From the NCBI GenBank assembly GCA_013265495.1, contig MU060707.1:2147247-2211246 (forward strand): a stretch of DNA of 64,000 nt, read 5' to 3'. Positions within the stretch are counted from its first letter, which is position 1, and every line of letters begins with the position of its first letter. The position numbers and the translations under genes are program-made. This stretch comes from Vicugna vicugna (lineage: Eukaryota). Positions 12,381 through 24,863 of the stretch are shown here, piece after piece. The notes beneath the pieces are model-generated. The model searched no databases and was not told the origin of the DNA. It worked only from the letters and a program-made list of their open reading frames with translations.

Positions 12381-13675
12381 TTAAACAGCCTGGCAGTTTT
12401 ACCTTTTGGGTCCTTAATGGCAAAATTTTGAAAGAATTTTCAAGTTCTCCATAATGATCATCTTTATCAGGCTATTGATGCATTTTTGAATAACATGCCA
12501 GTCAATACAATTAGGAAATAGAATAGAAATTTGTTGATCACTAGCTGACTTTTGAACATCAGCTTGTCCCCATGTGCTTACTGTAGAAAAATCACCAGTA
12601 GGATCTTTCCAATCAACAGCTTCCATCCATTCTTTAACATATCTTATTGTGTACGAGGTTCTGTCTAATGATACAAATCTGAGTAGCCAGGCTGATGTTT
12701 CAGTGAGGAGGACAAATTGGCAAACTCAAAGGAGTCTTCTTTCACATTGGGAAAGTCCTTAGCATGTAATTCTGCCTTGGTCCAAGGGCTGTATGTGAGT
12801 GGTTTGGTGCCATCTTCACTGGACATGGCTGTAAAAGCGGCTGTCATTACAGGAGGGCAATATGGCTGACCTTCTGTGGGGGGACAGTCTTGGTGTTGTA
12901 AAAAGTTCAGAGGGGTGGATAGCATGGAGGAGAGCCTTGTGGACATTGAGAGGAAACAGGAAGGAGTGGAGGGAGCCAAGGAGAGAGAGCTCTCGGAAAC
13001 CTCAGAATTTTTCCAATTTGGAAATCCTTTAAGATCATTGCGAGTTAGTTTCTCTAAGGGACACAATAGTGGATTCCCCATTATGTGTGTGGAGGCCTCA
13101 AAATACCAATTGAAATACTCTTCAAGTCCTCATTGTCCTAAATCTTTTTTCCAACTGAATGTGCAAAGAAACTCACTTAAGAAATCTTAAATGAACTGCA
13201 AGAGGGCCCACAGTTTCAAGATCCTATGGGTGCTTTTAGTCCAATGCAACAAATTTACAAGAGGAGGGCCCATAGGTTTTGAACCTAAGATGAATGAGAG
13301 TCCTGCACAGCCACTGCCCCTCAGCAGCGCCCTTAGAAACCAAACTCCCCATGAGGGAGTGCTCACCAAGGAAAAGGATTCCCTTTCCAGATAAAGCCCA
13401 TGACAGGGAAAATCCAAATAAAGGCTTTAGAACCTTGGCCAAAATCAGACGTTCAGAACCGAGAGGACTTACCCTCATGACCCAAATCACCATGAAAATG
13501 ATGGAGTGCAAGGGACTCTGACATGGGACCTGCTCCTGTCTGGGGCAGGGCTGGAGGTAGAAGTGAGTCCCTTTGGCTTCCGTTTCTGACATACATAATG
13601 TCGTCTAACAAGGCTTAGATTCAAGGCTGCAAAGAACAAAGTTTTATTTGGAGACTTAGGAACTACAATTTGGGC
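12380..13675 (-). mobile_element. gag: ERV1 (gammaretrovirus-like) remnant: LTR 3' edge, leader and degraded gag
   Basis: Minus-strand peptides MGSLVSK...KTYGPSSCKF (matrix), YSPWTKAELHAKDFPNVKEDSFEFA...QPGYSDLY and WKDPTGDF...FPNCIDWHVIQKC (capsid). LTR remnant with AATAAA and a CA end at 13599. Confidence 0.85.
13578..13597 (-). promoter_or_regulatory. Degenerate primer-binding site, tRNA-Leu-like
   Basis: Immediately after the LTR CA end the minus strand reads TTATGTATGTCAGAAACGGAAG, against the tRNA-Leu PBS TGGTGTCAGAAGTGGGAT. Only the TGTCAGAA core and the position support the call. Confidence 0.45.
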
Positions 13676-13679
13676 TACT

Positions 13680-14045
13680 CATATACCATATGATTGCACT
13701 TAAATGTGAAATCTTAAAGAAAAAAACTCATAGAGGACATATGGGTGTTCTGCAAGAGGCAGGCGACATGGTGTAAGCAAAACGGCTGATGATACAAACT
13801 TGCAGTTACAGACTATGAGATGCAAGGCTGTAATGTCCAGCGTGACAACTACAATTCACACTGTGTTGCATATTTGAAAGTTGCAAAGAGTAAACCTTAA
13901 AGTTCTCATCACAAGAAATTATGTAACTACAAATAGTGACAGGTGTTAACTAGACTTACTGTGATCATTACACAATATGTGAATATTGAATCATCAAGCT
14001 GTACTTCTGAAATATAATATTGTATGTTAATTATACCAAATATTT
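13680..14045 (+). mobile_element. L1 3' end, paralogous to 6280-6625
   Basis: Motifs gcatatttgaaagttgc, aaccttaaagttctcatcacaag, ttgaatcatcaagctgtac. The downstream flank matches that of the 5890-6625 L1. Confidence 0.8.
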
Positions 14046-14060
14046 TGAAGGAAAGGATGG

Positions 14061-14123
14061 AAAATTTTGACCACAGGGTGGAGCCCTTCAAAATTTTGAC
14101 CACAGGGTGGAGACCACAGGGTG
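14061..14123 (+). repeat. Short local direct repeats (AAAATTTTGACCACAGGGTGGAG twice plus a partial third copy)
   Basis: Copies start at 14061 and 14090 (29-bp period), with GACCACAGGGTG again at 14112. The paralogous site near 6685 has a single copy. Confidence 0.9.
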
Positions 14124-16200
14124 ACCCATCATATGTACAGGAATCTTTTGGGGACAAGAAAGATACATTTACCAGAAGGAGGGTTTTCTCTTGAAGTCAG
14201 ATATGGTCAACCCTGCCTTTCTCAGTCATTTGGCTGACACTTGGAGGGTGGTCTGGTTACTGTGCCCCAAGGTGGTCTTCTATTCTGGAATGTCTTTCAC
14301 TCTCTAGTCTTGCCCAAAGGTAAAAACCAAGTTCACAACCAAGTGTTAAGTTGTGTCATGTTAGCACAAAATTGGCTGCACTGCACTATTTATTATGGGA
14401 ATTTTATTACCTCATGCTGAGAATTTTATCTCCTCCTCCTGTCTGCCATGGGATGGGGAGTGTGGTCATAGTCTTCCAGTGGAACCTCAAAAGTTGAGGG
14501 TGTGTCCAAAGGTATTTATCAACCTCCCACCTCCGTAGTTTGTGCTGGGGGACTGGGGAGAGCTGTTTGTCTCATCTGCCTTTGTATTCTGGGACCGTGT
14601 TGATGACTTCATCCTGGCTGTAGAGTCCCTGAGGAGGGTCGAGTTAGATTACTCACTGTATTCAAGTGTAATCCTTTGTTTCTACAAAATGACGCATTTT
14701 TCAGCAAGTCCACTGCGTTTTTTCTCTCATAAAAGAAAGCAAGCTAAAATGCCTAATGGAAATGGTCACTTATCCAATAGTAGATCCTCAGACTAGTATT
14801 TTCAAGTGAAAGGCTCCTACTTTGAGGGCAAACCTTACCAGCCTAGATATCTGCTTGGGAAATCCCACCAGTCCTCTAAGTAACTAAAAACAACAAAAAC
14901 ATGTTTATGTGAAAAGCAAAACTTGATATTCAGCATTATATGGCAAATAATCCTCATTTATTCCCAGAATCAGTACTTTCAGTTGACGTACAAAATGAAG
15001 AACTAAAATGGTGGTATTTATCAGAAGAATCTTATTTCTGTATGAAAGGAGTCTGTTTAGCTGCCAATTTCATCCCCGAGGCATGGGTGAGAGAATGCTG
15101 TAGGCTCCCACCCGGTTTCTAGAGTATGTGAGGCGTTTGGCAGTGAAGTCTAGAGGGCTCATGTGCCAGGCTGTCTCGTCCGGCAGTTGGCTGTATTGGG
15201 TGCCCGCCTAACTTGAAACCAGCACTTGAGGATGAACCACAAGTCAGTGCAGCAGTGCTGAATGACTCAGAAGCTCTCTGTGAGAATCTTGTCAGTTAGC
15301 AACCAAGGCCCAAACCTCAGAGGTCTACCATAGGAACTGTGTATTCTTGTCCTCATAGGTCTGTGGGTTGGTGGGAGCAGTTCTGTTTGTGTGGGCTCCT
15401 CTGAGACCCAAATACGTTTAATGGCCAAATTCCACTGAGGATTTCCAAACAGGGAGGTGCTCTGTTGGGTTTGCCCTGTTCTCTTCTGCCAGCTCTGTGA
15501 GTGTGAGCAGCCCGATTACATGAAGCAGTCAGATGTCGAGTAAGGAGGAACTTGATGACCTTATACCGCAAGAGAGGAGACACATCCAAAAGAACTTGTT
15601 AGTTACAAGTCTTTTCTAGAAATGACCCTCAGTGTTGCTCACTGTGGTGCTCAGTTTTTACAGTTTGTCCGGACAGGAAAGCATTCTGTCTTTTCCACTT
15701 CAATTGTATCAGGACCAGGTACTCAGAGTGAACTGAAATCCAGTCTCTTGTGTATTGACTCAGATGCCTGACAACTTGAAGCAAGTGCCCGTGTGCTGCT
15801 TACGTGGCTCCCTCTTCCCAAAGGGAGCATAAGGAAGGGGTGTTGAAACGAAACACTGTTCCCACCTACCTCATCCACCACAACTTGCTCCTCCCCTGAG
15901 AGGATAACTATGCCTCCTTTCCTGCAGGAATGGTCGGCAGAGCCATTCCAGCCTGCTTGAGTTCGTGTTTATTCCTCTCAGCTTCTCTGGCATATCTTTC
16001 TGTGAAGGAATAAGCTAGAGATTGATTGAGGGGACCATCAAATCAAGGGCCAAGTTATCTCATTCTCTGTCTGAAAAGAGGCCATTGTGAGTAGAATGTG
16101 GGCTTTTGAATTGCCCTGTTTTGTACCAAAACTTGTCTAGTCAAGGATGGGAAAGTGGGATAAAATGGGACTGTCACCTCAGGTTTTCTTGATCTGCGAG

Positions 16201-16767
16201 TGTTACCAGGAAAAGGGAAATAAGAATTACCTCAGTTTTTAGTCCCCTAAAAAGAAAGAATTTTTAAGGAGAGACAGAAAGAGTGACATAGTACACTCCC
16301 AAGAATTGGGAGCGGGCCAGTCCAAGAGGAAAAAATGGTGCCACTCTTTTGTTTTTCCATCTTATATCTTGGCTTAGGGGTACTTTTGTGATTGATTGAT
16401 TGATTGATGACTCAGGTTCTTTGAGTGATCAAGTTGATTGACAGCTGAGGTTCCTTGTGCTCTGGCACGCCCATCCCCTTTTGGGCAGGTTTTTACCCAT
16501 GAAACAGAGAAACCTATGGGAGGGGGCTCAAACTGTAATGTTAATTACGTTATAATGAGCACTGGGTCAAGTTACACTGGGTCCTTCTCTTATACGCAGC
16601 TGCAGTGTTTTGGGTTTAACTGCCTTCTTTTGCTGGCCCTCATCTAGAGAAAGTAAAAATTTCTGGAGTCCCTTATCCTGAATGCAGACATACTGTTACT
16701 TTCTGGGTTGTTCCTTTCCCCTTCCTCTCCTCCTTCCCAGTGCTTATTTCTATCTAACTGCCTAGCA
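16201..16767 (-). mobile_element. Solo ERV1-class LTR
   Basis: TG...CA termini and 567 bp. Absent from the paralogous empty site ATCTGGAAGTATG at 8024-8036. The flanks cgag/gaag are compatible with a decayed 4-bp TSD. Internal (GATT)n at about 16390-16408. Confidence 0.85.
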
Positions 16768-18085
16768 GAAGTATGTTAATTCATTTTTTTAAGGCTAATT
16801 TCATTGGGTAAAGAATTCGTGGTTGAAAGTCTTTTTCCTTCAACATTTTCAATTTGTGGTCCTAATGCCTTCTGGTCTCCATGGCATCTGATGAGAAATC
16901 AGCTGTTAATCTTATTGAGGCTCTCTTGTATGTGATGAATGGCTTTTCTTTTCCTTCAAGGTTCTTTCAACAGTTGGACTATGTGTCTAGTTGTGAGTTT
17001 ATCCTACTTTGGATGGAGTTCACTGAGCTTCCTGGATATGTCAGATGTTTGTAACCAATCTGGGAGGTTACAGCCATTTCTTCAAATATCCTTTCTGCCC
17101 TTTTCTCTATCCTCTTCTGGTACCACCATATGGACATGCTGGTCTGCTTGATGCCAGCATCTACAGGTGTCTGAGGCTCTGTTACTTTCTTGCTGTTCTC
17201 ACTGTAACCTCAATTAAATTACTTCCACGTTATTAGATATGAGCTGGTGGAAGAGTGAATCAGCAACTGAGCTTTTCAAGTGAATTTGTTTTTGTATCTT
17301 GCAACTTATATTTCCATATCATTCTTTAAAAATTCTATTGATGTTTTCTACTTGATGAGACATTGTTCTCATATTTTACACATGCTTTCCTTTACTTTTT
17401 GAATGTATTTAAGATAGTAACTGATTTGAGTAATTTTTTTTAGTAGTAAGTACAACATCTAGATTTCCTCAGGGACAGTGTCTACTGACTGAATTCCTCC
17501 CTGTGTGGGGGCTTTATTTTTATGGTACGCCTCAACTTGTAGTTAAATTGGACACTTACAATGGGCAGCTTTGGGAATCATAGGCAGCTCTAGGGATTAG
17601 GTTGCTCTAATCCAGGGTTTGTTGTCGCTGTTTGCTTAGTGACCTTCAGGGAATTCTGCCAGGTCTTAATTCTTCACGTTCAGCCACTGAAGTCTCTGCT
17701 CAGTTATCTTAATGACCTAATGAGATGGCTGTTTCCTTAAATGTTTTGGACCAGTAAGACTTCCAGTTGTGGATGAGGTGCCTGTGTGTGCTGGGGCACA
17801 CCTTTAATTATCTGGCAGTTTTAACTCTTCCTTAGCCTTTATTCTCCACTGTGAGAGACTCAAGGTCAGCAAGAAATAAGAAGTTAGGCTTTCTCAGGTC
17901 TTTTTTATGGTGTGTGCTTAGCCACGCACCTGTGTGTGGCCCTCTAAAGTCCCAGAAATATGCTTGGAGCTTTTTTAGGTCTCCTATGAACATCTCTTTC
18001 CAGTCTTTTCAAGTTTTTTTAATCAATATTTTGTTTTCCCCATCTGGCAATGCTGCCTCAGAGATCAGCGTTAAACAACTGAGAT
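16768..18085 (-). mobile_element. Old L1 fragment, paralogous to 8031-9300
   Basis: Colinear with 8031-9300 and shares the same left junction (agtatgttaattc). Confidence 0.75.
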
Positions 18086-20078
18086 GCAGGCAACATGCAT
18101 GTTGGTATCCTTGAGGCTGTGCCCAAAACAAGTAGGCACAGAAATTGTGGCGTGGAATATGCCTAGCCTCTGCCACTCATTCATCCAGAAGAATGTCAAA
18201 CCTCCTAGTTTCTCCTTTCAGGAGAAAGAGGGATGGTCTCAGTACCTATGGAGTAAGCCTATCATGATTCCATAGCTGAACTCCCAACATTCATCCTCTT
18301 GTGATGCCCTGGGAGAACCCAGCCCCAGAGCATGAGCCACTATGCAGGGAAGAATTGCAGGGTGACCAGACGCTGTCAAGGAAGTTTCCTGAGTCCTGCT
18401 TCATCTGGTGAAAGAGCAGGCAGCAATTCAAGGTGAGAGGCATAAATCTGCCCCATCATCACCTAAGAATGTTCTCCTGTAAGCACTTTTTTGGCTTGGA
18501 CGTTAATCACTTCCAGACAGTTCTTTGGAGGCCCTAATGGTCAGCATTCTCTTAAAATGAGCAAGTGTCTCCTTTCAGTGGGGTTGAGATATTATGGCTC
18601 CCATAGCAGGCTACGTAGAAGTGTGTCAGTTCTGTGAATCTTAAATCTGCCCTCGTTCACTAACCCATAGCACTACATGCTAGAATCTCGTAAGGGGCAT
18701 GTGAATCCTTGGAGCCACATAGCTGATGGAATATCTGATGGAATCCTGACGTAGTCGCTACCCAGCTCCCAGTGAGCAGCTCTGCAGTGAGAGGCACTTT
18801 ATACCAAGTTTCACTTTAACATTTTCATCAGGTTGCTACAGACGTGCAGGGTCACTGCATAGCCTGGACCTGGCAAACTACTCGGCAGCCTAGTTCCGGA
18901 GGCTGAACTGCGAAGTCTACTTCTCATGCTTGCACTGTCACCCTGCACCCAACCCGCCTTCTGTCCCTAACTCCCTCTTGACTCGGGGAGTGGCTGCATA
19001 TGGGCTGCACCTGGAACCAAACCCTTCTGGGTTAGATGAGGAACAGCGGCCTCGTCAGTTTTAGCTGGGCTGTGTGTGACCCCAGTGTTCCTGTGACTCC
19101 TGGACGGTGGAGGAGATCACACAGTCCCCCAGTCACAGACCACCTCGTGAAGAGCAGAGGCCATTCCCTCGAGGTGAATGGCAGTTTCTCAGAATGGTCA
19201 GTGCATCTTGGGAGCTCACCCGGGGAGGGGAAGTTCTGAATACAGGAAGTGCAGAGTGGAGACTCTGACTTTCCTTGATGCCTTTGGTACTAACTGAAAC
19301 ACGTCACAGAAAGTCTGGGAACAGACCAGCACCTTCTCCAGGTAGGAAGGGCTCAGGGTTCCGAGGAGCAGGGTTCTGAGTCCGTCCCATCACCTGGGTG
19401 TTAGTATCCTGGGCTGCCAGGCCAGTGGGGCAAAGGGTGAGAAGGGGCTACCTTCTGTGATGTGCAAACAGCAGCTGAGCTTGCTTTCCCGGGATTCCCC
19501 TTTCAGTTGTCCTGGGTGAGGTTGTTAGAGAGCCTGGACCGTGGCTACTGTAGGAGAGGACAGCAGAGACTCAGGGCTCTTTGTAAGAGCCTGATAGGAA
19601 TCATACCACCTCTTCTGGATGCTCTGCTGAATACAGCTCCTGGTCCTTTCTGAAGTACAAGGCCTCTCATGGCGTCTTGGCCTCTTTGGGGGAGAAGTTG
19701 AGAAGGAGACCAGAAGTCTGAGACAATCCACTTAGTTGCCAGGGGAGAGGGGGCCCTTTAGGGAAACCTGTCTTTTTCTATTCTTTGGAATAATTTGTAC
19801 GTGAGTGATGCATTTCTGGCTGAACTGGTAGTAGAATCCTATAAGGAGGCTAACTGGGCCCAGAAAATTCTTTTGGGGGAGGTTTTTAATGGTGTATTTA
19901 ATTCCTTTCATAGAAATACGCTTACGTATTTGAAGTTTATTGAACAGGCTGAATAACACCCTCATCTGTAGGCTGGGATGGCATGATATGTTACTATTTT
20001 TATTGCCTTTCTTTCCTTGATCAGTGCTGCCAAGGAAAGAATATTTATGAGGCATATTATTTGAAGAAAAGCCTCGGT

Positions 20079-20940
20079 GAGTTAATAATAGATTCCTTTT
20101 GAATGGAGAACCTGAAATAAGAATTTCGGACAAGCACTGTATTCCTACTGCTTGTGTAACTAAAGGACCACCAGGTTAGGGGCCTAAGTGAAGGCAAACT
20201 TTGTCTTAGAGTTCTGGAGATCAAGAGTCTGAAATGGGTCTCTTGGGTAAAATCAAGGTGTTGGCAGGGTTTGTATTCCTTTTGGTGGTGCAAGTTTGTT
20301 TCCCTGCTTTATCCACCTTCTAAAAGACCCCAGGAGTCCTGGCTTGTGCTCAAAGTCTTGGACTCTCTCTCAACGTCAAAGTTGGCAGTGCATATTGAAA
20401 TCTGACTCTTACCTCATCTTACTTTGCTCTTGTGAATAACTGGGCTCATGTTGCATAATCCAGGTTAATTTCCTTGACTGAAGTTCAGCTGATCAGCAAA
20501 CCTAATTCCCTCTTTTGTCTTAACTCCCCCTTGTCATGTAGTGCCACATGTTTACAGGTCCCAAGGATTAAGATGTTAACAACTTTGAGGGGTGCTGTTA
20601 TCTGTCTGCTTCATGGTAGTTTTTTTGGAAGTGATCCCCAGGAAGCCCAGGGCAGTGGGGAACCTGACACCAGTCAAAGGGAGCAGCCCCTGAAGTGGTT
20701 ACTATTCAGCTGGTCACTCAGTCCCACTTGGCTCCCCGTAAAGTGCCATGAAGAATGCATCTCATAATTGTGCCTCCTGGGGTCAAAAGTCTGGCCATTT
20801 ACCCACTCACTCTATCTGCCATGTTCTTTGCAGTTACCCCTCCCCTGAGCCATCAGTTCCCCTGCACTGCTGAGCTAGGACTCTGTATGAAACTAAGGGG
20901 ACAAAGGGTCAGGGTGTAGCGCTGGGCAACCCAGTCCTTC
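20079..20940 (+). mobile_element. ERVL-class LTR (LTR33/LTR40-like) in U2, split by MLT1
   Basis: The start gagttaataatagattcc..ctgaaataag lies before the MLT1, and tttggaagtgatccccaggaagcccaggg resumes after it. Strand and subfamily assigned from memory. Confidence 0.6.
20138..20613 (-). mobile_element. MaLR LTR (MLT1D-like), nested about 60 bp inside an ERVL LTR
   Basis: Begins tgtattcctactgctt..gtaac and contains aaatcaaggtgttggcaggg and cagctgatcagcaaacctaattcc, matching reverse-complement MLT1 motifs. Confidence 0.8.
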
Positions 20941-22250
20941 CCGTGGAATGCCAGCCTCCTGGACGTCCCTCTTAGTGGAAGAGGGACTAGTTCAGTGCTA
21001 ACTGCAGTAAGATGCTGCCTGTTGTATCTTCCTGTGGTGGAAAATTTTCCCTCCTCTGGGAAGAGATTTTTTTATACCCCTCTCATCTCATTTAGCCTTG
21101 TTGCCATCTCCGCCTCCCACAATGTCTGTGTGTATTAAATATCATAGGGTGCCCCAAACTAACAAAATTAAATTCCCTTGTATTCAAGGGATGACTTGCC
21201 TTTGTATGACTCATTCTCTTCCACAAATAGATAAGACTTTGTTGAGGATGTAAAACTAAATCTCCCTCATCACAGACCCCCCTTACAAGTCATGAGTTAT
21301 TCTAAGATAAATATTGTAAAAACTTTATGGCTGATTTCTTCATTGGTATATAATGGAGATCAGCAAATTGAGATTTCCACATGCGTATGTCAACTATTGC
21401 ATTTCATTGCTATCTACCTCTTGCTTTGAGGAAATATGATATAAGATCTTGGGGTTTTTTGTCAATAGTTTTCATAAAGTGTTTTCACTTTTAAGAAGTG
21501 GCTACATCCCATTTGAATTTGAACACTTGATCTTTTGTTTAATGAATTTATTCTGTCCTGACATCCTACCTTCCTTGGCTCCCCTCGAGTCTAGTAACCT
21601 AGTCTGGTCATGCTGCCCCCCACCGCCGACTCCCCCATCTAAAACTCCTAAGGTTGTATTGAGAAGGAAAAGGGATGTGTTGAACCCCCTCTGCTGGCAG
21701 TCCCTGGCAGGCCTAGACCACGTGCCTGGATCAACTGGACCCTGTTCTGGCTTCTAGGGAAGCTGTGGCCGAGTGCGTTTGGCTCTGGCTTCCCCTTCTT
21801 GCTGTGTGTGGTGTTTGACCTCCATCATCCCGGCCTCTGCTGGCCAAAGCCTAGGTCCTTATTTGACCTATGTCTTCCTGAAACCTACTCTTCAGTGCCC
21901 TTACAAGGGACATTTCTAAGCTAGAGTATTTAGATGGTCCAAGTGGAGTTTCTTACCACCTGCCTGCTCTGGGGAAAGTCACTTCATCTTGCTCCCAGGG
22001 ATGTCGATGACAAGGGCAGGATTTATTGTGGCCCTGGGTTGCTCAGGTGCCCTCCTTCCATCTACCATACCTGTGGATCCAGATCTTGGTCTTCCACACT
22101 CTGCCCCTTGTCTGTCGGGTGGTGAAGGATTGAGGTTCAGGGGTTGGCAATGCCCATGCTGTGTGCAGGGCCGACCCACTGGCTGATTATATCTCTGAAA
22201 AGACCATGTTATCCCTTTGTCCTGATCTTAAGTTGAGCTTCCGACACGGT

Positions 22251-22664
22251 TGTAACACAGCTGTGTCCTCTTAATGGAACTGTCGGTGGTGCAATATCAT
22301 GTACACATGAACACCATGCGGAGAGAAGCGAAGCAGTTCTCTATTGATTCTTAGAAAAGGATTTATATAGGACATGCACGGTGCCTCACATATCATCTAA
22401 GTTATAACAATGTTAATAATCCTAAGCTATTTAGGTCCCTAAACTCCTGCAGTAAGCACAGGATGTCACATGATCAAGGACAGATTGTTTGAAAGTTCGC
22501 CATGAAACTTCATTAAGTAGGCCATCTCTTATCCAGCCGGCTCTGCCTGTCTTAGGTTGTCCTCCTCTGAGGATCTTACCCATCACTGGCTATCCAGCTG
22601 TCCATACTGGATACATTAAGTAGGCCATTTCTTATCCAGCCTGGATATGTGACATTCCTCACAG
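22251..22664 (-). mobile_element. Probable solo LTR (unclassified) with an internal direct repeat
   Basis: TG...CA-bounded block with no counterpart seen in U7. The direct repeat CATTAAGTAGGCCAT(C/TT)TCTTATCCAGCC occurs at about 22512 and 22614. No clean TSD found. Confidence 0.5.
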
Positions 22665-24863
22665 CTTGTTTATCAGTTCAGCCCATGGCTTATTCTCTAG
22701 AGTCTTCAGACGGGGGCCTACAGGCACCAGCCCTGACTTTTCTTGTCAGGATGAGTTGAACAGGAGGTAAAGATGAATTTCCTAATTTGTCAGGAAAAGT
22801 TCTTGCCTGACATTTTCTCATGAGACAGGAACAGAATCCTCATGGCCTACAGATACGTCATGTGGCAGGTGCCCACCTTCCTCAGCGGCCACGCTGCTCA
22901 TCTTAAGAATGGGTGTTTCCCATAAGAAATTGTTTCATCTGTAAGCCCATTTCTGTGGTTCATCTTGATGGATGCTTTCAAAGAGAAGCTAGTTTTCAGG
23001 TTTTCTTGATTCTGAATAGTCCAGCAAGAATCAGGATCAACTAGATCAGGAATCTAACACTGAATATTCTTTTTCAGTTCTTACAAAAACTAATGGTTTT
23101 TAATGTGCTATAGTTCTAGGCTCTGTAGCTCTAGACGTTGACGTAGAATCAGGGTCAAAAATCTGCATTCCCATTAACAAGGATGGTATTTTATACTGAC
23201 AGAAATGATGACTTCGTAAACATACGACGTAATGTCCACTGCCCACTGCTATGCCTAATATGTTTTCTGTAACTCAGTCAGTGAGCTCTCTGAGCACAGC
23301 AGGCACCGTGGGTGAATCAGCCACCTGTCCACCACGGCTGGGACTCGGGATGTCTGTGCTGCCCTCTACCTTGAGCTCTGGGGGCCCCTGAGAAGAGGGA
23401 TGTTTGGGTGGTTACAATGAAAACATTGTCTTCCACACTTTTGTCTTTCCTCTTCTTGGTGATGCTGAGAGAGTTCCTTAAACCAAATCTTCAGCCACAA
23501 TTTTCCTATCATTTCTTTGATATATTTTTAGAGAGTATTTTATTTGAATATGTCCATCTGTTTCATGACTTTATATTCTTTGACAAATATCCACTATTTC
23601 ATCTTTGATAATGACTCTATCTCAATTTCTTGATCTTACTTTAATCTATTCAGGGAGAAGTGTAGGTTTGGCTTCAAGTTGGTGCCCTCTAGGTGACAGC
23701 TGTTTGTCCTATGAGTGCTGGTGGTAGCTCTTCTTCTTGAGTATAGATCTTGGCAGAAAGGCTCTAGTTAAAACTAGTTCTCTTGGTATTGGCTGAGATG
23801 TCCCCGGCGTAAGTTGAATGTACAGCTGTGTGGCACCAGGATGTAGTCCAAAAACATGTTCAGGTGCTGTTCATTGAAGTTTCCCCAGAGAAGCAAAGAT
23901 CTAAATGGTAGAAGGCCAGAGCTGGATGCCCTCTGTTCCCTGAAAGCCTTTGGCACCAATAGTCATGTGAATGTACCAGACCGTGATGGGAAAACACTCA
24001 TCTTAGGCATCACTGTCTCTTCTGTCTGGGCAGACAAGGCCCATCTGGGAGACATGGATGAGAATTCCAGAACCATTACAGTCCCATAGTGTCAGATTGA
24101 TTGGAAAGACAGACCTTTGTTCCCAAATTCTGATCCAGATACCCTTTCTAGATGGGAGAGGCATGTTGGTCACGCCTTCTGGGAATGAGCTCATTTATTT
24201 ATTCCTGGCCATGCTTCCCCATGGAGAATGGCTGAGAGACCCTAAGAGAGAGGTGGCTGCAGTAAACAATGATGCTAGGACTGTATTTCAAAAAGGGCTG
24301 TTTTTCACAAGAACTTGTTTTAGCGTGTAGGATAAAGGGTTTGCTTTTCTTGGCCACCCTGCTGACCAACAAGTATGCAAGGCAGGTACCTCACTGGACA
24401 ACTGTGATTCTGAAGACACATGCCTCTGAGTTCCTCTGGCAGTAAAGCTGGTGAGAATTCAACCAGTGGACTTGGTCCTCAGGGATGAGACCACTGTGAG
24501 TCTGGAGTGCCCTGTCATGACTCCCCCTGCAGAAGGGGCCAGATCAATTCAGTCCAGACCGTTTTGCTGAGGGGGAGTTACAGTTAATGATTTCAAGTGA
24601 CGGATTTCTGAGCTTGTAGTGGCCTCCTGGTGTATACCTCCTTCTCATACATTCCTTCTCGTGCCTTAAAGAGCAAAGGTATAAGCCTGTGTAAGTCTTC
24701 AATGGCGAGCTGCTATGATGAAGTCTTGGCATGTTATAGCTCCAATTAAGACTCCTCCTTGGTTCCTAGTAAGGTGCTTCAGATTTTGTGCACTGATCTT
24801 TGGTGGCAGTTCAACATTATTTATCCAAGAACAAGCCTGTTTAGACTCCTTCCATTCCAACTA

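Larger units (their letters stand above)
14050..18310 (-). pseudogene. Array unit U1' (duplicate of U1 with internal deletion and LTR insertion)
   Basis: 14165-14350 matches 6770-6950, 15220-16190 matches 7030-8020, 16768-18085 matches the L1 at 8031-9300, and 18120-18308 matches 10875-11050. Confidence 0.85.
18310..21450 (-). pseudogene. Array unit U2
   Basis: 18680-18970 aligns with 37950-38230. 20015-20137 aligns with 39435-39558 and 53250-53377. Head at about 21053. Confidence 0.75.

Noticed and set aside
12876-13190. Acidic 104-aa plus-strand ORF
   Set aside because: It is the antisense reading of the Pro/Ser-rich region of the degraded ERV gag.
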